Origin: Octopus vulgaris
Taxonomy: Eukaryota
Direction of reading: 5' to 3'
Assembly (NCBI GenBank): GCA_951406725.2
Contig: OX597823.1
Span: 23,064,001 to 23,128,000 of the forward strand
DNA length: 64,000 nucleotides
The notes under the pieces are model-generated. The model made no database searches, was not told where the DNA came from, and saw only the letters and a program-made list of their open reading frames with translations. Both the position numbers and the translations under genes were made by a program. Below, one piece after another: positions 53,077-64,000 of this stretch (its first letter is position 1; each line of letters starts with the position of its first letter).

Positions 53077-54597
53077 ATTGGCTAACAAGCAAAACTCTTA
53101 AGAGCTTTGATCTTGTTTTTACTTCTGCCAGAGCATCGTGGATCTAAACTTGATGTGGAAGCAAGCTTGTAAACCACAGTCAAACAAATTTGGCCAACAA
53201 CATTGTCTGTGCATACTAGTCAGGAATTCTTGGCAAACTAACTGTTTCTTTAGTCCTTCCAACAGATGTGATAATCCTATTCAATCAATACAGGTGAGGG
53301 GTAGATGAATCACCTGATATATTTTCCTAAGGTATCAGATGTTAGATAATATAAATATATTTCATTGACATAGTTTCATCAACATTGTATTTTAGTGCTT
53401 TGTATTTTAGTTATTTATTGTATTTTTTCAATCAACATCATCACTATCATCATTATCATAATTACCATCATCATCATCATCAATACACTCCTTGTCATCA
53501 CTACCACTACCATCATCATCATCATCATCACCAACCCTTTCATCATTGTTTTGTCAATGATACTCTTATGAGTTGAAAAGCTCTACAATGTAGCATCCCT
53601 TTATGCAACTTTTCTGTGTCCTTTTGTCAGGCATTCCATATTGTCAGATCTAGCTTCTTCTTCATTTTAAAGAGAAGGGTGCTTTCTGAAGGAGTTACAA
53701 CACACAGTTGTGCCTCTGGTCATGACACTTCACTTTCAATAGAGCAGTCCATTTAGTTTTAAATAGGTACCATTGTGTTGATAAATCAGTTCATTTCAGT
53801 TGTGATTGGTATCATGCAGAAGTATTATACATTGCTGTGTATTTGGGAAAGACACTGAACTCTCAGTAGCTCAGTTCCTTTATATGTAAATAAGTACCAT
53901 GAGGAGACATACTGTTCACAAGTATAAGTAACATGCATAAACACATGGCAAATGTGACACTTTTGTTAGCTTACAATCACAAGCTCAGATCCTCTTGTAG
54001 GTCAGGAATGCCTTCACTAGACTGACATCCTATACAAGAAGGTTGAGAAATCATGGCCTTCTCAACTGTCTAGGAAAGCAGTAACTCCGAATAGGAGATG
54101 ACTTGGACTATGATGTCTTGGCTACCACATACCAGCACAGAAAGTGAACTTCAAATGATGATTAATGAATTTATATTTTTATGAATGATTAACAAGTTTA
54201 CATCGATTACTCTTTTCACTTTTGATAACTTTTTCTGACTCTGGTTCTTGCGTTTACATTACACAGGCTCCTGTTTAGACTTAAAAGAACACCCTGAGAA
54301 GATTTATCAGGTATAATTGCCAGGATAAAAATTACCATTTCTAACACAGAGGCAGTGTTAAAAATTTATAGAATGTCATTGCTTAACTGAAACCCAGTTC
54401 TTTACTGGTGCTTACTTCAGTGACCCTAGAATGAGAGAGGGCAGATTTGACTAGAGTGAGATTTGATGCTGGAATAGCAAAGGCACCTAACCAAGCATGA
54501 CACGGTACCATTTTGTCCACCACTTTATTGTCAGTGCCAAAACATAACCCCCTAATGATAATAATTTCCAACTTAGTCACAGGGTCAAATATTTTAA

Positions 54598-54818
54598 TCC
54601 TTTAGTGTTCACATTATTCTGCCAAAATTGATCCTATTTTATCCACATTGTTTTGAACTAATCATGCATTATATTGTAGCTATGAGATTTTGATGAGGTA
54701 ACTGTTAACTTTTAAAACGATATTGTAGGGTTGGTGTGAGAGACCAGATCTGGCCAGTTTGAACATAAAACAGGCAGAATACTTTTGGCCGGATATGGCC
54801 GGTTTAAATGCTAAAGGG
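54598..54818. mobile_element. piggyBac-type MITE
   Basis: TTAA-TCCTTTAGTGTTCA ... TAAATGCTAAAGGG-TTAA. Confidence 0.8.
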
Positions 54819-54849
54819 TTAAGGGAAATCAAGAGGTGATCAAAGCAAA

Positions 54850-55423
54850 CCATTATTTGACTGTTACTTTATTTTAAAATTGCTAGAATGATTAAAGGTA
54901 AAAGTTGAACTTGGAGCATATAGGACCATAAATAAATACACCAAGGTATTTTGTTCGACATTCCAATAATTTTTCCAATCTACTTTCCATAATAATTTTT
55001 AACATAAACACAAGGTCACAATCAATTACTCAAAGTTGACCTCAGCAGGATTTGGACTCAGAAAGTAAAGAAACAGAAGAAATATTACAAGGAACTTGTC
55101 CAGTGACCTACTGATTCTGCTAATCCAACACTTTTAATTATTTCTAATTTAGACAAAAGGCCAGCAATACAGAGTGAGGGCTTAGTCAATAACATCAACC
55201 CCAATACTTAACTAGTATTTTATTTTATTGATCTTGGTTGGATAAAAAGGCAAAACTGACCTTCATAGAGTTTGAATCCAAGGCATAAAGAACCAGAATA
55301 AACATTGCAAAGCATTTTACCCCACACTCTAATGATTCTGCTATTCAAGTTCTCTAAATAATAATAATAATGATAATAATAATAATAATGATAATAATAA
55401 TAATAATAATGAATAATAATAAT

Positions 55424-55454
<31 letters not shown>

Positions 55455-55902
55455 CATAGGTTCGGTCCCACTGTATGGCACCTTCTACTATAGCCTCGGG
55501 CTGACCAAAGCCTTGTGAGTGGATTTGGTAGGTGGAAACTGAAAGAAGCCCATCGTATGTTTGTGTGTGTGTGTGTGTGTATGTCTTTGTGGCTGTGTTT
55601 GTCTCCCCCACCACCACCACTGCTTGATAACTGGTTCTGGTCTGTTTACATCCTTGTAACTTAGCAGTTCAGCAAAAGAGACCGATGGAATAAGTACCAG
55701 GCTTATAAAAAAATAAGTACTAGGGTCGATACATTCAACAAAAATAAACCAGTGCTTTATTTTATCAACTCCAAAAGGATGGAATGCAAAATTGACATCA
55801 GCTGGATTTGATCTCACAATGTATAGGGCTCAAATAAATATCATATGGCATTTTACCCGACATATTAGCAATTCTGCCATTTTATCACTCTTAGTAGTAG
55901 TA

Positions 55903-55952
<50 letters not shown>

Positions 55953-56163
55953 CTTTTCTACTATAGGTACAAGGCCTGAAATTTTAGGGAAGGGGACTAG
56001 TTGATTGCATCAACCCCAGTCCTCAACTGGTACTTATTTTATTAACCCCAAAAGGATGAAAGAGAAAGTCGACCTTGGCAGAATTTGAACTCAGAACATA
56101 GCGATGGGTGAAATACCACTAAGCATTTCTTCCAGTGTGCCAATGATTCTGCCAGCTCACCGC

Positions 56164-56209
<46 letters not shown>

Positions 56210-56540
56210 TAATAATAATAATAATAGTACATTTTACTCTGCCCTAGGTGTCAGGAAGACACTCAGCAAGAAATGGAAACAGACTTGAAAGAAGATGCTA
56301 ATGAAAATAATAATAATAATAATCTTTTCTATTAAAGGCAGAAGACCTAAATATTTGGTGGGTGGGGGATAGTCAATTGCATCAACCCCCAGAATTTGAA
56401 TGGTGCTTATTTTATCAACCCTGAAAGGATGAAAGGCGAATTCGGCCTTGGCAGAATTTGAACTCAGAGCATTTAAAGGCAGACAGAATGCTGAGCAACA
56501 CTTCAACCAATGTACTAACGGTTCTGCCAGCTCGCCACCT
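54850..56540 (-). mobile_element. Cluster of about six co-oriented family B SINE copies separated by (AAT)n, with one family A copy (55458-55740, +)
   Basis: Best copies 55952-56163 and 56322-56540; older ones near 54850, 55000, 55140 and 55750. Confidence 0.8.
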
Positions 56541-57167
56541 TAATTATAATAAATAATACCAACAATAATAATAAAAATTTAAGTGCATATTTTCTCCATC
56601 TTTATGCTGTATGCAACATCTCTGCTGTCTTGCCTGGGTTAAACTAAAAACAGTTCATTAATAATCAATTCGGTAAATCCTTGGTGAGAAAAGGAAAAAG
56701 TTGCTTCTTCGGCAGTCATTAATAGCAAGAAATTAACAGACTGCCAAAAGTCAAATCCATCATCACAGTTGGATAGAAACATCTAAAATGTCCAGCTTCA
56801 TATTTTTTTACTCTTTCCTATTGCTTGTTGTCTGCATTTCTTTATTTCTTTTTCACTGATCTTTCTCTCGCTTTCTCTGACCATCCCTCTCTCTCTCTTT
56901 CTCTCGTTACTCTGTTGCCCCATGCACTCACGTATATATATATATATATATATATACAGACATGAACACACATGCATACACGCACACACACACACACACA
57001 CTTTCTCTCTCTCTCTTTCTCCCTCTCTCTCTCTCTCTGTTTTATTTCCTGCCTGCTCTCTTCTCTTTCTCTTTAACCAAATCTTATTCTTTTCTCTGCC
57101 ATCTCTATCTACATGTATAATGTACATGTATGAATACATGTATAGATAGAAAGATTGATAGACAGAC

Positions 57168-57206
<39 letters not shown>

Positions 57207-57215
57207 CAGATAGAC

Positions 57216-57258
<43 letters not shown>

Positions 57259-57599
57259 CAGATAGATAGACAGACAGACAGATAGATAGACAGACATATA
57301 CAGATGCATAGTTGTAACGAATCAAAAAGGAAGTACTCAATACCATAAAGTATTAATTTAATTTGAGTGGTTGAAATTAGCACTGGCCATTACGGATAGT
57401 TTCATTGTGTGGCAGCCATGCAATTAATGATAATGTGAGATGGAAACATGACTTGTACTCTTTTCCATTTCTATATTGTTTGCTTTTATTCGAAGTTTAC
57501 TCCAACATGGTGACCTGATGAACTACATGTCTTCCATGCAAAGAGACAAAATTAGCAGTTGTCAATGCTGATTTTCAGGTGGCCAAATTAAATGAAGAA

Positions 57600-57643
<44 letters not shown>

Positions 57644-57654
57644 GTATTCTTTTC

Positions 57655-57765
57655 TCTTACTTGTTCCAGTCATTTGACTGCAGCCATGCTGGAGCACTGC
57701 CTTAAAGGGTTGTTTTTTTAGTCAAACAAATTGACCCCCAGGACTTAATTTTTAAGCCTACTACT
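57655..57765 (-). mobile_element. SINE family A 3' fragment
   Basis: TTACTTGTTCCAGTCATTTGACTGCAGCCATGCTGGAGCAC. Confidence 0.75.
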
Positions 57766-58429
57766 TCTGGTGTCTAGATACATGGACACAGCAACCTTCA
57801 GTAGATTTTTGCATTAGTTAAGGAAGGAAAAGCCAACTCTTTACAAGTGTGTGTAATGGTGGTAGTAGTGGAGGTGGCAGATGTAATGGTTTTGGCAGCA
57901 GCAGCAGTACCAGTAGTGGTAATAGCAGCAGTGGTGTTTTTGATGTGTGTATGGAAGGCTTCTCTTGGTCAAGATTGACCATGGATCTGTGAATATATGC
58001 ACAGTCTGGGCAACAGTTTTTGTTTTCTTTTTGTGGAGGACAGATAGTTGTCATGTATGCAAGTTACTCCTATCCACACCTCTAATATTGCCCAAGGGAA
58101 AATCCATCACTTTAGAGCCATTACAGTTTGATACCAGTACCGTCACAAACATTGCTGTCAGAAAACACGGGACCAAAACAAATACCACAAGGCATTTCAT
58201 CAAATGTTCTAACAGTTCTGCCAATCTGCTTCCCTGATTGATACCTTTTTATCAATCCTGAAAGACTGAAGGGCAAAGTTGCCCCATCAAGATTTGAACT
58301 CAGAGCCCTTAGAATAAGAACAAATACCACAAATCATTCAATTCAACACTCTAACAACTTGACCAAATCACTGCCTTATATATGAAATATATATATCTGT
58401 GTGCACGTATTTAATGTATTTATGTTATG

Positions 58430-58928
58430 CATACCTTTCCTTCTTGGGACACAAAACTCTACTTGTGAAGACCTGTTGAGGCAAGTGAAAATCAAAATCA
58501 AAATCAAAATCGATCAACATCAATGGAAATTGTAGCCGTGATACCAGTGCCGGTGGCACATAAGAAAACCATCCGAACATGGCCGTTGCCAGCGCTGCCC
58601 TGACTGGCCTCCGTGCTGGTGGCACGTAAAAAGCACCATCCGATCGTGGCTATTGCCATCCTCACCTGGCCTCCGTGCCAGTGGCACGTAAAAAGCACCA
58701 TCCAATCATAGCCGTTTGCCAGCCTCGTCTGGCACTTGTGCCGGTGGCACATAAAAAGCACCCACTACACTCACGGAGTGGTTGGATTAGGAAGGGCATC
58801 CAACCGTAGAAACATTGCCAGATCAGACTGGGCGTGGTGCAGCCTTCTGGTTTCCCAGACCCCAGCTGAACCATCCAACCCATGCTAGCATGGAAAGCGG
58901 ACACTAAACGATGATGATGATGATGATG
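58430..58928 (+). mobile_element. RTE 3'-tail element with four hairpin units
   Basis: Same four-unit order as 12341-12560; (GAT)n tail. Confidence 0.88.
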
Positions 58929-59369
58929 TTTGTGTAAGAGTTAATCAATACATACACACAGACGCAGAGAAAAGCAAACTTTAAAATGAAACAAAATTAT
59001 ATATATGTGTGTGTGTGTATGTATATATATATATATATATATAATCTGGTTTAATAAATAATACAAATCACTGGCAGACACATAAGTAGCCAGTCTCATT
59101 ACTAACAGATTTCACTGTTTCATTCCATCTTCAGTCTCAACTTTCACTGTCCTCCATGTCTACGACTGCATCTGATTGGGTTACTGGTTTTTAACAGCTG
59201 TCTTTAATGAAGTATTTTAATTAATGAGTCATGAATCAATTAATTACAAAAAAAAAAATAAATAAATAAATAAGAAACTGAGGAAATTCAAATCTGTTTA
59301 AATGTGTTTAAGTGATAACGTCTTTAATAGAACAGCTGTTTGATTTCACTAGCAACTCATAAAACACAA

Positions 59370-59880
59370 CTTAATGTGCAGTCTTGCACACTCACATGGA
59401 AATTCATTATCACTATTACTACAGCAAAGATAGTGAAGATGATGCTTTGCTAATGAGCTCAGAATAATGCAGAAACATATCTGAATTAGCTTCTTGTACA
59501 TTCTAGAAAAATGAAAATATTATCAGTCATTAGTTACTATGTTTGTCTGTTACTACATATTCATTTCATGTTAACATATATTTGATACTGCCTGTATTAA
59601 ATATGTTAACATAACTTCACAATTGTTATTTTCATAAAGATGGCATCTCTGAATAATTTATTTTCTAAACAATCCTAGTTTTCTACCACAGCCACCAAAT
59701 GTACAATCTTGCACATGTCTATTGTGATTTATTTAATTACGAGGAAGTTTATACTCTGATAATGAGGTCAGAATAATGTTGAAACACATCTAGAGTTGTC
59801 TCCCATATTTACCAGGAAAATGAAAATATTATTAGTCACTGATTAACATTGTTTGTTTTTCATCTCCACATAATTTATTT
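59370..59880 (+). repeat. Diverged direct repeat (~310-325-bp period), each unit with a decayed hammerhead-like motif
   Basis: TAATGAG.TCAGAATAATG..GAAACA.ATCT and GAAAATGAAAATATTAT.AGTCA at 59451/59760 and 59507/59816. Confidence 0.65.
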
Positions 59881-62800
59881 AATACTCCATATACTGAATA
59901 TGTGAACACTAAGTTGTTCACAATGTGAAACATGCCCTGGTGGTTAGGGTGTTTGGCTCACAATCATAAAGTCAGGTGTTCAATTCCCAGGTGAGACAAC
60001 AGAAATTAATATGTGCCATATGCTGGTACAGTTCTCTCCCTCCTCCTTGATGTTCCATTGGATCTAGGGTGAGGAGGCCAAGAGGGTGCCTGTGCCTATA
60101 TCCAACACCAAAGGCACCTAAAACAATTTGTGAAAGCATTGTGATACTTGCTCCCAGATTGTACTCACTTGCAAATGATGGCTAAGCTATTCTGGCATAT
60201 TTGAAACATGAAATACAATAATTTAAGGATACATTATATGAAGAGAAATTCTGTCAGAATTAGACATGATTTTTTTGAAATGTTAAATTTATTTTCACTG
60301 TTTTTTGGGGTTTATTTGTTTTTTGGGGGTTTATTTTTTCTGTAAGACAATATTTCAAATAGTTTAGTCCCCTTTTGTTATCACATCAGAGACCATGTTT
60401 ATATATTTGTGCTCAGGTAAGGATTAAAATCATGCCCTCCTCATATTCTGGTCCATGCATGTTCTGCACACCAGTCTAATTGCTTTTCCTTGTGCACCTA
60501 CATTAGGATACTGCTCCTGAATAGCTATGTAGCCTTCATGCAGAAGCCAACCATATACTGTTTCTTATTACCTACCTCTGCACAGACCACCTGCTAGAAC
60601 ATTGCAACAAAGCTGATGACAGGCCAAGGATCAATGTTACTATTATTTGAGTTTTGTGGCCTCTTGTCTCACATCATCCTTCAAACAAAGTATCCACTGC
60701 TCTTCCCCGGTCAATAGAAGCCACATTGCTTCACATATAAGTCAGGACTTTTATTACACATTCGTTTGTGGGCATATTAAAGTTTACTCTGTTTAGGACA
60801 GGACACAGATTTGTTAAGTTCCTTCTTGCCTGTTCCTAAAGTAAGTAATGTATCCAACAGCATATGTTTTGCATAGGACTCTTCTTCTGGAAACTGACCT
60901 TTTATTAAAATTTTGGATTGTGCATGTTCAGGTATGAATGGTTTGTTCTTTTATAATGTTTTGTAGATTTTTCTGTTCACCTTTTTGAAATTTTGTGCTA
61001 ATCTTTTCACAACTTTTTATGGGAGTGTGTTCAGTGCTACCTCTATAATGTTATTGTAGTTTCCACTGTCCGTTACTAAACTGTCCTCATTCTACTGTCT
61101 ACTGTCAAACTGCCCTCATTCTACTATAAAACAGTCCTCACTGTTGTTTATAAAATCATTTTTTTCTTTTTGCTTTGTTTTCTTATTTTCATGTTATTTT
61201 AGCTCTGGGTCAGATTTGAATGTGCAAACCTATGACCAAAGGCGTTCTGGCACAAATCACCCTTTACCTTTAGTAATCTTTAAGACTAGGGAGGTAAGAC
61301 TTTGACTGATTATCTGCTGCTCTTGTGTGTGCAGGCATGGGCAAGGCTTTTTGTAAGATTAAAAGTTGCCCAGGGATGTAACTCGCTCCTCTCCATGTCA
61401 TCAATGTTATTCAAGGGAAAAGATAGCTCCTTTCGGGCCAATACAGCTTAGCACTAGTGTTATCACTGGTGTTGTTGTCTAAACACAAAGAGCTGGAGCA
61501 GATACCACAAGGCATCTTTTTTGATGCCCTAACACTTCCACCTGACCATCACCCTGGATTGGTAAATTTTTTACCCACTTCGAAGAATAAAAGACAATGT
61601 TGACTTCAGTTGGATATGAACCTAAAACCCAGTGAGTCACAACAAATACTATGAAGCATTATATCCAACATTCTATCAACACTGCCAACTTACCATCTTT
61701 GTTGAATACTATATTATCAAATTGTCCTTCTCATTTAAAAACGACTGGGTGTGATTGGAGAGATATTTGGCTGCTATTCCTAGCAGATTGCATGGTAACT
61801 TTGAGATTCCCTGACTTTGTTTGTTGTGGGTTTTGGTTTTGTTGTTTTTTAGAAATAAAACAAGATAATTCTGGAAACAAAAAGCTTGTAATGTGTGTGA
61901 GTGAGTGTAAGTGTTTGTGTAACAGTGCTTGTGTGTTTGTGTATATTTGTCAGTATGTATCAATGTGTGTGTTGGAATGCATGAAGAGGTATGTAGTATT
62001 CATATATGTAGATACATTGAAATACCTACACACGTACATGTGTGTGAGTTGTTGGTAATAAAAATTCAAAATTTTTTTTACGTCCAGTGTTTAATTTCAT
62101 TGCTTTCTGATATTGGCTTTTCTTATATTTGTTTACACTACGTAAATCAATACAAATCTTATTAATGTCATTGTCATCAAACTAAACGTGATACAACTCT
62201 TTACATTCTGAGTTCAAATCCTGCAAAAATCAACTTTTCTTTTCATCTCTCTAGAGGAGATGAAATAAATTTTTTTTAAAACCATCAAATATTAGGGTTG
62301 ATATTTCATTAACCCCCACCTCCTTTCAACATTACTGTGCTAATGCCTAAATTTGAAAATAATTATCATCATTATCCACACCCTCATTATTTTCAATTTC
62401 ATCATCATCACCATCAAAACTAGCATCATAACCTTCATTGTTACTAGCCTCTTTACAAACCATCAAAGCCATCATTGCCATCATCAGTTTAATGACCACA
62501 TCTCCTCCCGCCTGCCAAATTATGTCCAACAGGGACACACTACAATTACTCTCCCAGTCCAATGTACCTTTATCATCTCCACCCTTGCAAACTAAATATT
62601 TTTTTTTCAGTTCTAAATTTGGTCAGCCTCTGTTTTAAAGCCTGTACCAAAGGCTAGATTTTACCATACTAGATTTTTAAAAAATGATAACTGAAGCTAC
62701 CTAGATGATGTATTAAATGCACATGATAACTGAGAGAAAAGATCTGGTCAATCAGGGCTGACCTGACGCAAACAATAACATACCTTGACTATTATGCTAC

Positions 62801-63313
62801 ATGGTATCCTGTAATGTAGCACATCTTATGTTCTGCCATACTACACCTCCTACAACATGTTACTCAGTAAGCTTTACCACACACATACACAGACTATCAC
62901 ACTACCAACTGCACACACAGTTGACCTTGACCACTACACACCACACACTAACCTCCTCACATGACTCTGTATTACCATTCTACACCTCAGTTCACTACAG
63001 TAAAACTACAGTGACAGAATATACAGAGCTGTGTATTGCCAAGTTTAGGGAACCAGGACCAAATTGTAAGTAAATAAGAATGGTGGGAGTGGGAAATCCT
63101 CAATGAGTTAATTCACTGAAAATTTATTGTAAAGTCAACTCTGATCTAACAGAGCTAGATTCAAAGGTAATAAATATAGCTATGACCACCATCACAAAGG
63201 AATATTTTGAGTGATTGTCTTGTATTATTGTTTTATCATTTCATTCTCAGGTCTTAATTATTTAGCAGTCTTTCATAGATCAGCAGCACTACTAACACAC
63301 ACACACACACACA

Positions 63314-63367
<54 letters not shown>

Positions 63368-63539
63368 TTATCTATCTATCTAACTATGTCCATTATAGTA
63401 ATCTCCTATTCTGTCTCCCTCTATTCACTTCCTGCCTGTCCATTTCCTCTTTCTTTCAGTCTCTCATTCTCTCCCTATTTCTAATTTTCATTATTTCTTT
63501 TCTACTTTCATTATCCTTTCTATGTCATTGTCATACACA

Positions 63540-63890
63540 CCTCTGTGTAAACAACAGAACACACACAACACACGTCACTGTAAACAACAGGACATCTTCA
63601 ACATGCTTTTGTTAACAAGAGAACGCATACAATACATGTCTATGTGAACAACAGAGCATACACAGTGCATATCTGTGTAAATAAAACACACACAATGCAT
63701 CTATGTAAACGGCAGAACTTGCACACACTGCATGTCTACATAAACAATAGACCATGTACAACACGTTTGTGTAAACAACAAAACATAGAATACTTCTGTG
63801 TAAACAACAGGACATACTCACCATGCATCTCCGTCAACAACAGAATACCCATACAACACACATTTATGTGAAAGTACCAGAACACACGCC
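63540..63890. repeat. Minisatellite, about 11 units of ~28-35 bp
   Basis: Consensus TCTGTGTAAACAACAGAACAYACACAAYGCA. Confidence 0.85.
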
Positions 63891-64000
63891 ATTTATTATG
63901 TTACTTATGTTCCAGTTGTTCCATATCTGATTTGTTTTGTTGTCATAAAATGAGAGTGACTTGATCTCTGTTGTGCCAATGTGGAAGCTTCTATATGGCC

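Noticed and set aside
53660-54150. Possible old LINE 5' region (also possible Tc1 trace at 60430-60560)
   Set aside because: Too decayed to support by eye
63540-63890. CRISPR-like array
   Set aside because: Eukaryotic context; degenerate units with homologous spacers; no cas genes

Overview
AT-rich, microsatellite-dense eukaryotic DNA with no recognisable host protein-coding exon, so probably intergenic or one long intron. The repeat content (tRNA-headed SINEs with internal microsatellites, RTE LINEs with (GAT)n tails) suggests an octopus or other coleoid cephalopod; this is an inference from recalled repeat families. Almost every ORF in the track is translated microsatellite or transposon debris. 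Supported elements: three to four SINE families, two 5'-truncated RTE LINEs plus many copies of their 3' tail, a decayed R4/Dong-type (RLE) LINE, a Penelope-like remnant, a TIR-to-TIR Tc1 element with D-36-E spacing, mariner remnants, pogo-, mariner- and piggyBac-type MITEs, and a solo LTR. The most notable signal is a set of hammerhead ribozyme (HHR) motifs from several unrelated repeat families, some in inverted or tandem pairs. The clearest is a TSD-flanked palindromic element at 43298-43942 whose two arms each read tRNA-like Pol III head + (AAT)n + minimal hammerhead. Several long hairpins of unknown origin are also present. All calls were made by eye; coordinates of decayed copies are approximate.
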